Positions 18,430 through 27,535 of a stretch of 64,000 nt of DNA are shown in pieces (position 1 is the stretch's first letter; every line of letters starts with the position of its first letter). The notes below the pieces were generated by a model. That model was given only the letters and a program-made list of their open reading frames with translations. It did no database searches and had not been told where the DNA came from. The DNA is from Candidatus Foliamicus sp. (GTDB taxonomy: Bacteria; Pseudomonadota; Gammaproteobacteria; Steroidobacterales; Foliamicaceae). Location: NCBI GenBank assembly GCA_965221325.1, contig OZ244880.1; one strand, 5' to 3'. A program made the translations under genes and the position numbers.

Positions 18430-19439
18430 GCCTTCCCTCCAGCCAGCGGTGCGTACGCTTGCGCCGCTTTCCGCAAGGCGTTCCGGAAACCAGCGATTTC
18501 GAGCTCGGTGAGGCGCCTGTCGAGCGTCCGAAGGATGGCGAGTTTCTCTCGCGCACCCTTTATCTGTCACTCGATCCCTACTTGAGAGGCGTCATTTCCG
18601 GGCGCCACCTGTATGTGGAGAAGATGGGGCCGGGCGACATCATGCCCGGGCGCACGGTGGCCGAAGTGGTGGAATCCCGGCACCCGGACTACGCCCCCGG
18701 CGACATCGCCCTGTGCGCTAATGGCTGGCAGGAGTATGGGCTAAGCCGGGGCGCGGTGGAACTGCGCAAGGTCGATCCCGAAGACGCTCCGATCAGCGCC
18801 GCGGTAGGTGTGCTGGGTATGCCGGGGCTCACGGCTTGGGCCGGTCTCTTGCACCTGGGCGAACCGATGCCGGGCGAAACCGTGCTGGTATCGGCGGCCT
18901 GCGGGCCGGTGGGTTGCATGGTGGGCCAGTTGGCGCGCATTGCAGGTTGCCGGGCGGTCGGTATCGCCGGCGGCCCCGAGAAATGCGGGATTGTTACGGA
19001 CGAGTTCGGATTCGACGCCTGCATCGATTACAAGTCAGGCGACCTGGCCGCCAATCTGAAGGAGGCCTGTCCCGACGGCGTTGACGTGTATTTCGACAAT
19101 GTAGGCGGCGAGGTACTCGAGGTCGCACTCGCGCAGCTTGCGCTGGGTGCTCGCGTAGTACTGTGCGGCATGATGAGCGGTTATAACAACACGGGACCGC
19201 CGCTGCCGGGGCCGAGCCTGATTCCCGTGGTAACGGCCCGCGCTACGGTTCGCGGTCTGGTGGTCTATGACCACGACGACAAGCGGGAAGATTTCCTCAA
19301 GGCCAGCACCCGCTGGCTCAAGGAAGGTCGGATCCGGTTCCGAGAGGACGTGGCCGACGGTATCGAAAACGCACCCGCAGCGTTCTGCCGGCTGATGCGC
19401 GGACAGAATGTGGGCAAGGCGCTGGTGCGATTCGCTTGA
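18426..19439 (+). CDS. NADP-dependent oxidoreductase (MDR, CurA/PTGR-like)
   Basis: YLSLDPYLRG, GVLGMPGLTAWAGL, GVDVYFDNVGG, GQNVGK. Confidence 0.9.
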   Translation: MSLPSSQRCVRLRRFPQGVPETSDFELGEAPVERPKDGEFLSRTLYLSLDPYLRGVISGRHLYVEKMGPGDIMPGRTVAEVVESRHPDYAPGDIALCANGWQEYGLSRGAVELRKVDPEDAPISAAVGVLGMPGLTAWAGLLHLGEPMPGETVLVSAACGPVGCMVGQLARIAGCRAVGIAGGPEKCGIVTDEFGFDACIDYKSGDLAANLKEACPDGVDVYFDNVGGEVLEVALAQLALGARVVLCGMMSGYNNTGPPLPGPSLIPVVTARATVRGLVVYDHDDKREDFLKASTRWLKEGRIRFREDVADGIENAPAAFCRLMRGQNVGKALVRFA

Positions 19440-19999
19440 GGCCGGAGGGCCTGCAGCGGGAACTGCTCGAATTCTGGTTCGACGAGGCCGGTCCGGATTT
19501 GTGGTTCGCGAAAGACGACGAATTCGACCAAACTATCCGCACGCGCTTCGGGGCCGACTACGAGGCAGCGGCCCGCGGCACGTATGACCACTGGCAAGCC
19601 ACGGGCGCCGGCTGCGTCGCTCTATGCCTGCTGCTCGACCAGTTTCCCCGCAATCTGTTTCGGGGCCAGGCGCGCGCCTTCGCCACGGACGCCAAGGCTC
19701 TCGTAATCGCGCGTCAGGCGGTGCAACGCGAGCTGGACCTCGAAGCGGGCATGAACGACACGATGCGCAAGTTTCTCTACCTGCCTTTCGAACACAGCGA
19801 AAACCTGGCCGATCAGCGCCGGTGTCTGAAGTTGATGTCCGAACGCATCGATCCCAGCAGCGAAGATGTCGAATGGGCCCGCAAGCACCTCGTAATTATC
19901 GAGCGCTTCGGCCGCTTCCCGCATCGCAACAAGGCGTTGGGCCGCGAATCCACCCCGGAAGAACTGGAGTTTCTGAAGGAACCCGACTCCAGCTTCTAA
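19436..19999 (+). CDS. DUF924 family protein
   Basis: LEFWF..WFAKDDEFD, LDQFPRNLFRG, FLYLPFEHSE, RFGRFPHRN. Confidence 0.88.
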   Translation: MRPEGLQRELLEFWFDEAGPDLWFAKDDEFDQTIRTRFGADYEAAARGTYDHWQATGAGCVALCLLLDQFPRNLFRGQARAFATDAKALVIARQAVQRELDLEAGMNDTMRKFLYLPFEHSENLADQRRCLKLMSERIDPSSEDVEWARKHLVIIERFGRFPHRNKALGRESTPEELEFLKEPDSSF

Positions 20000-20074
20000 G
20001 CTGCGAAGATAGGCCCTCTTAAGCGACGTAAAGGCCTTTTACATCCGGTGCGGGCGCTGGACTTTTTCCCAGCG

Positions 20075-20641
20075 TCAGGCGTTTGCCTTTGCGGGGAATG
20101 GGCAGTTTGCCTCCTTTTCCACCAGGTCGAAGGTGAAAAGCAGCTTGGCCATACCGGTCAGCACCGCCATCACCATGCCCAGCTCCATGATCTCCGCGGG
20201 GCTGAAATGGGCTTTCAGCCGGTCGTGCAGAGCGCCGTCCAGCGCGCCGGAAGGATTGGTGAGCACCATCTGGTCGGCCAGCGCCAGGGCGGCCCGTTCG
20301 CGGGCCGAGAACGGACCGTTTTCGTAGTTGTCGAGCTGGTCGATCTGTTCCTGTGTCACGCCGGCTTGCAGTGCGTCGGGCCGGTTGCCCTGGTTGCAGA
20401 AGCGGCAGCCATGGGTGGTGGAAAGGCGCAGACGGGCCAATTCCTTGATGACCCGCTCCACGCGCCCGCCATGGAACAGTCGGGCATAGAACTCGCCGTA
20501 CCAGTCATAGAGCTCCGGCGCGTTAGCCATCACCTCGAACCAGGTGGCGTCGCCGCGCAGTGCCATGGAGCGCTCCCATCCCTCGCGGATGCGCTGCGGC
20601 ATCTGCTCAGGAGCGATGCGTGGCAGTTGTGGCTGCGGCAT
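20075..20641 (-). CDS. Carboxymuconolactone decarboxylase/AhpD-like protein
   Basis: IKELARLRLS..GCRFC, FSARERAALALAD, HFSPAEIMEL. Confidence 0.8.
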   Translation of the reverse strand: MPQPQLPRIAPEQMPQRIREGWERSMALRGDATWFEVMANAPELYDWYGEFYARLFHGGRVERVIKELARLRLSTTHGCRFCNQGNRPDALQAGVTQEQIDQLDNYENGPFSARERAALALADQMVLTNPSGALDGALHDRLKAHFSPAEIMELGMVMAVLTGMAKLLFTFDLVEKEANCPFPAKANA

Positions 20642-20677
20642 GGCGCTAAGCCCTCGGGTCAGGGCCTATTGCATACC

Positions 20678-21427
20678 CTAACCGAACAACGGAGCGGCAA
20701 AGCCCTGAATAGCGGGCAGCAGAGTGCCCACGGTTTCCGCCGCCGGCGCACCCGGCTTGAAGATGCCCAGGAAAGCTTCGACCAACAAGCCGGCCCAGAT
20801 CGTAAAAACCCATGGGCGCACGCGCGAGATGCTGCGCTTCATGGCGTCGTCCTGCTCCTCGGTGATCGAACCTTGACTGAGCGCTCTGACGCCGGCGATG
20901 AAGCCGGGGATGTATATCCGAATCATCACCCCGCAAAGCACCATGATCGCGAAAACGATCAGCTTGGGTGCAATCCAGATCGCGTTGTCCAGCCGCCCGG
21001 TGGAGACCGAATAGAAGACGGAAGCGACAATCGCGGCGATCAAAAACCAGCGGAACCAGAGATCCAGCTTGGTCAGCGTGGGCATGAAGCTCGCGTTGTG
21101 CTTGAAGTGCATGATCAGCAGCACGGTGAACCAGACCGGCCCCAGCAGTACGATCGCGGCCATTTGCCAGGGCGGATGCGACACGCCGACGTATTCGGAC
21201 AATATGCCGCCCACGGTGAGCATCATGCTCAGGCATAAGCGCGGCAGCAGGTCGATCCACAGCATGATGCGCGATGCCATGAATCGCTGCGGGGCGCTGA
21301 ACGAACGGTTAAGCACCATGCGGGTGGAATAGAAAACGCCGATGTCGCCGCCCAGCCAGTAAGCGAACAGCACCAGGTGAAGAATGAGCCAGATGGTGTG
21401 GCCGAGATCGCCTTCCGCTCCGTACAT
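20678..21427 (-). CDS. Polytopic membrane protein of unknown function
   Basis: Five to six hydrophobic segments; HLVLFAYWLGGDIGVFY, DLLPR. ATG 21427 follows a GGAGGGG SD. Confidence 0.7.
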   Translation of the reverse strand: MYGAEGDLGHTIWLILHLVLFAYWLGGDIGVFYSTRMVLNRSFSAPQRFMASRIMLWIDLLPRLCLSMMLTVGGILSEYVGVSHPPWQMAAIVLLGPVWFTVLLIMHFKHNASFMPTLTKLDLWFRWFLIAAIVASVFYSVSTGRLDNAIWIAPKLIVFAIMVLCGVMIRIYIPGFIAGVRALSQGSITEEQDDAMKRSISRVRPWVFTIWAGLLVEAFLGIFKPGAPAAETVGTLLPAIQGFAAPLFG

Positions 21428-21642
21428 GTGGTTCCCCTCCAGAAGTTCGGCGCATAGTCTAACCGCCTCCGCGCAGTGACGCACAAGCCCGCCCCCCGTC
21501 GGCCAATGCAGAGCATGCCCAGCACACTTTCGGCCGCATCAGCGCTTGCGCATTGGGCGGGCTGCACAACCGGGCGGCGGGCGGCCGCGAACGGGTTAGA
21601 ATTTGCCTCTTCCTGTTCCGCGCGGAGAAATCCCGAAAAAAG

Positions 21643-22395
21643 ATGCGCAAGATAATGGTTACGCTCAAGCGCGTTGTGGACTACAACGTCCGTGTGCGCG
21701 TCAGGCCGGATGGCAGCGGTATGGCCATCGAGGGTCTGAAGATGAGCATCAACCCGTTCGACGAGATCGCTTTGGAGGAAGCGCTGCGCATGCGCGAGCG
21801 GGGCGAAGCAAGCGAGGTGGTCGCCGTCACGATTGGCGGCGACGAGTGCCAGCAACAACTTCGCACCGGCTTGGCGATGGGCGCGGATCGGGCCGTTCTC
21901 GTGAAATGCGAGGCTGCAGTGGAACCGCTCGCCGCCGCCGGTATGCTGCTGGAATTAATCCGCAGAGAGGAACCGGACATCGTGATCATGGGCAAGCAGG
22001 CCATCGACGACGATTGCAACCAGACCGGACAGATGCTGGCCACGCTCTGGGGCCGTCCGCAGGCCACTTTCGCCTCCGAGATTCAGCTTGACGGCGGCGC
22101 GGCGCAAATCACCCGCGAAGTGGACGCCGGTCTGGAGCGCATCGAAGTGGAGCTGCCGGCCGTGATCACCACCGATTTGCGACTCAACGAACCGCGCTAT
22201 ATCAAGTTGCCCGACATTATGAAGGCCCGCCGCAAGCCCCTGGAAACGCTGGATGCCGCGGACCTTGGGCTGGCGCCGGTTCCAGAGCTTAGACCGCTGG
22301 CCTACGAGCCTCCCGCGCAGCGGCAGAAGGGAGTGATGGTGGAGAACCCGGCGGCGCTCGTGACCATGCTGCGGGAACGCGGCCTGGTGAGCTGA
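21643..22395 (+). CDS. etfB: Electron transfer flavoprotein beta subunit
   Basis: KRVVDYNV, INPFDEIALEEA, LAMGADRA, GKQAIDDD.NQTGQMLA, RLNEPRY. Confidence 0.95.
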   Translation: MRKIMVTLKRVVDYNVRVRVRPDGSGMAIEGLKMSINPFDEIALEEALRMRERGEASEVVAVTIGGDECQQQLRTGLAMGADRAVLVKCEAAVEPLAAAGMLLELIRREEPDIVIMGKQAIDDDCNQTGQMLATLWGRPQATFASEIQLDGGAAQITREVDAGLERIEVELPAVITTDLRLNEPRYIKLPDIMKARRKPLETLDAADLGLAPVPELRPLAYEPPAQRQKGVMVENPAALVTMLRERGLVS

Positions 22396-22406
22396 GGGTA
22401 CGGCGC

Positions 22407-23357
22407 ATGAGCAAGGCACTAGTGGTCGCCGAGCACGACAGCGGCATGTTGCACTCGGGCGTGGCGCGCGTCGTAAGTTGCGGTCTGGCGCTAGAGCCCG
22501 AAGCTCTGGATGTGGCGATTCTGGGTGAAGAATGCGCCGCGATCGCGCAGCAGGCGGCCGGAATCGCCGGCGTGACGCGGGTTCTGTGCCTGGAGCGAAC
22601 CGAGAACGCCAAACCGCTGGCAGCAGTGCAAGCGCCACAGCTCGCGGCCTTGGCAAGCAGCGGTTACAGCCATGTGCTGGGACCTTCCACCACCTTCGGC
22701 AAGGACCTGATGCCACGGGTCGCCGCCTTGCTGGGCGTTCCTCAGGTTAGCGACATCATGAGCGTGGAGGGCGCGCACCGCTTCAAGCGGCCGATCTATG
22801 CCGGCAACGCCGTACTCACGGTGGAAGCCCCGGCGGAGCATGTCGTCGTGGGCACGGCGCGTCTGGCATCCTGGCAGGCGGCATCCGAGGGCGGCGAGGC
22901 CGCCATCGAACAGGTCACGCTTGATGTGGAACTGCCTGCGCATACGAAGTGGCTGGAACTGCGGGCTACGGAATCCGAGCGGCCCGACCTGCAAAGCGCC
23001 AACGTGGTGGTATCGGGCGGCCGAGCCCTGGGCAGCGGCGAGAACTTCTCCTTGCTCTACGAGCTGGCCGACAGTCTGGGCGCCGCCGTGGGCGCATCGC
23101 GGGCCGCGGTGGACGCGGGCTACGTGCCCAACGACATGCAAGTGGGACAAACCGGCAAGATCATCGCCCCGGAACTGTATTTCGCGATCGGCATTTCAGG
23201 CGCCATACAGCACCTAACCGGGATCAAGGACGCCGGCGTGATCGTGGCGATCAACAAGGACCCGGAAGCGCCGATCTTCGAGATCGCCGATATCGGGCTG
23301 GTAGGCGATCTGTTTGCTCTTGTTCCGGAACTCAAGACCGCTTTGGAGGCGTCCTGA
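22407..23357 (+). CDS. etfA: Electron transfer flavoprotein alpha subunit
   Basis: [50 protein letters not shown]. Confidence 0.95.
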   Translation: MSKALVVAEHDSGMLHSGVARVVSCGLALEPEALDVAILGEECAAIAQQAAGIAGVTRVLCLERTENAKPLAAVQAPQLAALASSGYSHVLGPSTTFGKDLMPRVAALLGVPQVSDIMSVEGAHRFKRPIYAGNAVLTVEAPAEHVVVGTARLASWQAASEGGEAAIEQVTLDVELPAHTKWLELRATESERPDLQSANVVVSGGRALGSGENFSLLYELADSLGAAVGASRAAVDAGYVPNDMQVGQTGKIIAPELYFAIGISGAIQHLTGIKDAGVIVAINKDPEAPIFEIADIGLVGDLFALVPELKTALEAS

Positions 23358-23359
23358 AT

Positions 23360-24223
23360 ATGGCGGCATTGCTGATCACACCGGGCGAACTCGAGTCGGC
23401 CCTAAAGGCGGGCGAGGCCAGGGCGGTGGACTGCCGCTTCGACCTGATGAATCCTGCCGGCGGCCGCGCGTTGTGGGCCGAGAGCCATATCCCGGGCGCG
23501 GCCTACGCCGATCTCGATCAGGACCTGGCCGGCCCCGCGGTAGAGGGCGGAGGCCGTCACCCCTTGCCGGCGCCCGCCGATTTTGCCGCCACGTTGAGCG
23601 GCTGGGGCATTAGGCCGGATACCTTGGTGGTCGCATACGACAACATGGGCGGCGCCATTGCGGGCAGGCTCTGGTGGATGCTCAACTGGATCGGCCACGA
23701 ACGCGCCGGATTGCTTGATGGGGGCATGCAGGCCTGGGAAGCAGAGAACCGGCCGCTGGAACGCACTCCACCCGTGATCGAGCCTACCGAATATCCGGCA
23801 CGAGAGCCGCGCCGGCCGGTGACTGGCGTCACTGAGGTGGCGGATGCCTCGCGCAGCGGCAAGATGCGGATACTCGACGCCAGGGATTCGGCCCGCTATC
23901 AGGGGCTTGCGGAGCCTATGGATAGCCAGGCGGGCCACGTTCCGGGCGCAGTTAACGCCTTCTTTCGCGACAACCTGGGCGCCGACGGACGCTTTCTTTC
24001 TGCGGAAAAATTGCGCGAGCGCTACCTTGAGTTGCTTGACGGAGCCGATCCCGCCGAGAGCTGCGTGATGTGCGGATCGGGAGTGACCGCCTGCCACAAC
24101 CTGTTCGCCATGGAACTGGCGGGCCTGTCGGGGGCGGCGCTGTATCCGGGCTCCTGGAGCGAATGGTCGCAGTCCGACAGCCGGCCCGTGGCCCGCGGGC
24201 CCGAACCGGGAGGCTCAGCCTGA
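23360..24223 (+). CDS. sseA: Two-domain rhodanese / 3-mercaptopyruvate sulfurtransferase
   Basis: [37 protein letters not shown]. Start at ATG 23360 just after the etfA stop. Confidence 0.88.
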   Translation: MAALLITPGELESALKAGEARAVDCRFDLMNPAGGRALWAESHIPGAAYADLDQDLAGPAVEGGGRHPLPAPADFAATLSGWGIRPDTLVVAYDNMGGAIAGRLWWMLNWIGHERAGLLDGGMQAWEAENRPLERTPPVIEPTEYPAREPRRPVTGVTEVADASRSGKMRILDARDSARYQGLAEPMDSQAGHVPGAVNAFFRDNLGADGRFLSAEKLRERYLELLDGADPAESCVMCGSGVTACHNLFAMELAGLSGAALYPGSWSEWSQSDSRPVARGPEPGGSA

Positions 24224-24783
24224 TGCGCGCGCGTTCTGCATTAGGGCCGCTTCTAGCGCTGTTGCTGTTCGGCTGCACCGCGGTGGACGGCGATAGGTCG
24301 GTGGCCACCACGCGGCCTCAGATGGCCCGTTTCCCGCACAGCTCGGCTAACGCCGATTGCTTCTATTCGCAGCGCGTCGATAACTTCGAAGTGCTCAACG
24401 ACAGCAATCTGCTGGTCTTCGATGGCCGCAGGCGGGTCTATCACGTGGAAATCGCGCCGCCTTCGCTGGATCTGCGCTACGCCTACGGCATCGAGTTCCT
24501 GAGCACAAGCGGGCGGATTTGCGGCAACGCCGGAGAACGCCTGGTGACCCGAAACGGAGGAGCTTCGCGCTTCCCGCAGATGATCGTGGGCGTCTATCGC
24601 CTCGACGAGACTTTGCAGACCACGGTGCGGGCCCATTTCGGCCAAACCATTCCGGCGCCTGCGCTTCCGGAGGATGCCGACGCGGAAGCCGTCGAGGAGC
24701 TCGTGATCGACCTGGAAGGAGAACCCGAAGCCGTGGACGAAGATTCGGCTTCCTTGCCGGGAAGCAGCGAACAGGAGAACTGA
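24223..24783 (+). CDS. Putative lipoprotein with acidic C-terminal tail
   Basis: Lipobox LLFG-C; ATG overlaps the upstream TGA. Confidence 0.65.
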   Translation: MRARSALGPLLALLLFGCTAVDGDRSVATTRPQMARFPHSSANADCFYSQRVDNFEVLNDSNLLVFDGRRRVYHVEIAPPSLDLRYAYGIEFLSTSGRICGNAGERLVTRNGGASRFPQMIVGVYRLDETLQTTVRAHFGQTIPAPALPEDADAEAVEELVIDLEGEPEAVDEDSASLPGSSEQEN

Positions 24784-24784
24784 T

Positions 24785-25093
24785 ATGGATTGCGTCATCG
24801 TGCTGTTCAATCTCAAGAAGGGCGCCGATCCGGAGGAATACCAGGCTTGGGCGCGCAGCCGCGACATGGTGGAGGTCAACCGCCTGCCTTCCGTGGACCG
24901 CTTTCGTGTATTGCGCTCGGTTGGCTTGCTGGGCGGCACGGACGATCCCCCCTACCAATATGTGGAGGTGATCGACCTGAACAGCATGGAGCAATTCGGC
25001 GAAGACCTGCATTCGGCGGTCGTGGGCGAGCTGGCCAGCGAGTTTAGGCAATTCGCCGCCGACCCCGTGTTTATCCACTGCCAGGACCTCTGA
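24785..25093 (+). CDS. RedY/HapK-like (EthD-type dimeric barrel) small protein
   Basis: IVLFNLKKG.DPEEYQAWARSRD..VNRLPSV, PPYQYVEVID; family recalled from motif similarity. Confidence 0.65.
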   Translation: MDCVIVLFNLKKGADPEEYQAWARSRDMVEVNRLPSVDRFRVLRSVGLLGGTDDPPYQYVEVIDLNSMEQFGEDLHSAVVGELASEFRQFAADPVFIHCQDL

Positions 25094-25101
25094 GCTGCCG
25101 C

Positions 25102-25611
25102 GTGGCGGACACTAGCTTGGCAGACGGCCGCATCGTGCGGCGCCCCGGAGGGCGCTACTACGAGGAATTTCGAGAGGGCGACATCTACGAGCATTGGCCG
25201 GGCCGCACGCTGACGGAGTCCGATAACACGTGGTTCACCCTGCTGACCATGAACACGCACCCTCTGCACTTCGACAAGGAATACGGCCGCAAGACCGAGT
25301 TCGGGCGGCGGCTGATCGTGAGCACGCTCACGTTGTCGGTGCTGGTGGGAATGAGCGTTTCCGACGTCAGCGAGAAAGCTATCGCCAACCTGGGCTGGAC
25401 CGACATCAAGCTGCCCCATCCGCTGTTTATCGGCGACACTCTGTATGGATCATCCGAGGTATTGAGCAAACGGCCTTCGAAAACACGCCCGAACGCTGGA
25501 ATCGTTACCGTGCGCACCACCGGCCGCAACCAGGACGGCGACGTGGTGTGCGTTTACGACCGAACGGTGCTCGTGCCGCGGCGTGGTCATGCCGTAATGG
25601 ATCAGGCCTAA
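25102..25611 (+). CDS. MaoC-family (hotdog) dehydratase
   Basis: GRYYEEF..GD.YEHWPGRT..ESDN.WFTLLTMN.HPLHFD, ANLGW, PLFIGDTL. Confidence 0.9.
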   Translation: MADTSLADGRIVRRPGGRYYEEFREGDIYEHWPGRTLTESDNTWFTLLTMNTHPLHFDKEYGRKTEFGRRLIVSTLTLSVLVGMSVSDVSEKAIANLGWTDIKLPHPLFIGDTLYGSSEVLSKRPSKTRPNAGIVTVRTTGRNQDGDVVCVYDRTVLVPRRGHAVMDQA

Positions 25612-25672
25612 TCAAACCCCGCGCGGAAGACCACGGTCGCCGCGCACTGCAACCGAAACGGGAGGACACCGA

Positions 25673-26410
25673 ATGAGCGACATTCTTCAAGTTGACCATG
25701 TGAACTATCACGGCCGTATTGCCTATCTGAGCAAGAAACCGGACCGCATGGACCAGGAACGAGGCCGGGAACGGTTCACCATTACCGTGCATTCCGACGG
25801 CCACCGCACTTGCATGGCGCAGAGCGAGATCGACGACCGCCCCAGCGTGATGCGCAATGTGGCCTTGACGCTGGACGAAAACTGGTATCCGCTCGATTGC
25901 TTCGTGCGCATTTCGGTGGGCGACCGCTTCATGGGCAGCGGCTGGTTCCGGTTTGGCGAGGATGAGGCCGAATGCGAAACCTGGACGGCTGTGGAAGGCC
26001 GCGTGTCGCAGAAGATGAGCCTGATCGAACGGCCCCGCGCCTTCGTCGATCACGCCATCATCTGCGATGCCTGGGTGTTGAGCATGTTCGACCTCGACAA
26101 GGGGCCGGGCGTTCAGAAATTCCCGCAACTTCTGTTGTCCTCGCCCGACCACCGCGGCGCTACCGGGCCGATGCTGCACAGCATTTCGCCGGCCATCGAA
26201 TACGTGGGCAAGGAGCGGATCACGGTGGGAGCAGGGGAATTCGACGCCTTGCACTTCCGTTTCGGCGAAAACGTGGGTTTGCCCAACGAACACCCGAAAT
26301 ACGATGTCTGGTGCACCGCCGACGGGCATTACATTTTTCTGCGCGGCGCCGTGTATGGCTACATGATGACCTACTACGAGCTGATGAACCTGGAGATTGA
26401 ACATGGTTGA
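25673..26410 (+). CDS. Conserved hypothetical beta-rich protein
   Basis: Host-like codon usage, GGAGG SD, in operon; RGRERFTITVHSDG.RT, SSPDHRGATGP. Confidence 0.7.
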   Translation: MSDILQVDHVNYHGRIAYLSKKPDRMDQERGRERFTITVHSDGHRTCMAQSEIDDRPSVMRNVALTLDENWYPLDCFVRISVGDRFMGSGWFRFGEDEAECETWTAVEGRVSQKMSLIERPRAFVDHAIICDAWVLSMFDLDKGPGVQKFPQLLLSSPDHRGATGPMLHSISPAIEYVGKERITVGAGEFDALHFRFGENVGLPNEHPKYDVWCTADGHYIFLRGAVYGYMMTYYELMNLEIEHG

Positions 26411-27422
26411 GCCGGAAATCAGGAAGCAGGACAGCATTGCGCGGGCCGCAAGGGCTGGAGGCTGTTTCGCGCGCTATCGCTGCGTGCTGCCCGCGCTGGC
26501 GGGAATGGCGTGGATGCTGGCGGCGAGTCCGACGCTGGCTCAGGGCGAGGACTCCACGCCCACTGAGCGCAACGCGCTCGTGATTGCGGAGTTGCTGGCG
26601 CGCGTCTATGACAACTACAACCAGGTGTACTTCGACCGCCGCATCGGCTATCCGGAAGACGAACGCCATGACCGCATCGAACTGCGCGTGGAACGTGTCG
26701 GCGGCCCCGATTCGATGCTGCTGGCATTTCGTGAATTCGCCGGCGGCGACTATTCGCAGCTCACGCGTGCGGGCGCCTTGGCCTTGTCACCGGACAACGA
26801 ACGCAGCGCGACGCGTATGGAGGTCTGGAACCAGCCGGTGGACGACCTGGAGCCGTTGCGCGAAGGTGCCGGCGTCACCGCCAGGCCGGAGAACCCACCG
26901 GACTGCGTGGTGTTCTGGACCCGCGAAGCAGCGCAATTCCGCGGGCAGGCAGAAGGCGAGTGTACAGCCTGGGCCGGCGAATCGCTGCTCGGAGAACAGC
27001 AGCTTTGGCTGGATACGCCAGGCGGACGCAACCATCCGGGCGGGACCTACAAGCTGCACGCGGCGCGCATGATGAGCTGCTACATCGACATTCCGGGCGT
27101 TAGCGGCGGGCGCGACGAGGAATATCGGCGCTACGACAATCTCCAGGTGCATGACCGCGGCGGCGGCGCCCGCATCACCCATTCCGATGGCAGAGTGATC
27201 GGCATCCGGCTATCGAACGTCGATTGGCCGCTGAACAACTACAACGACGTCTTCACCCGCGACGTGCTGGTGCTCTACGTGCTGGAATACATGGGAGATG
27301 AGATCAAGTCCCACGGCTACGTCTTCACCGAGCCTGGCGCCGAACGCATCGGCATCAACCTCTACTGGATGATGTCCTACTGCTACATGGAGTCCAACAC
27401 CATAGTCCGCCCCTTCATGTAA
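26403..27422 (+). CDS. Exported CpcT/CpeT-like beta-barrel protein
   Basis: Signal-like LAASPTLA|Q; YDNYNQVYF..RHDRIELRVERV and C.V.W.R...F.G resemble the CpcT fold. Start uncertain. Confidence 0.5.
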   Translation: MVEPEIRKQDSIARAARAGGCFARYRCVLPALAGMAWMLAASPTLAQGEDSTPTERNALVIAELLARVYDNYNQVYFDRRIGYPEDERHDRIELRVERVGGPDSMLLAFREFAGGDYSQLTRAGALALSPDNERSATRMEVWNQPVDDLEPLREGAGVTARPENPPDCVVFWTREAAQFRGQAEGECTAWAGESLLGEQQLWLDTPGGRNHPGGTYKLHAARMMSCYIDIPGVSGGRDEEYRRYDNLQVHDRGGGARITHSDGRVIGIRLSNVDWPLNNYNDVFTRDVLVLYVLEYMGDEIKSHGYVFTEPGAERIGINLYWMMSYCYMESNTIVRPFM

Positions 27423-27535
27423 CCCCCACCACGCCTGCACGGCTGCATCGAGCTACGCGACAGCGTGGCTTGGCGCTTTGCCGTTGCCTCCGATGAGCAT
27501 GGACACCGGAGCGTCGGAGAAGGCAAGCCTACGGA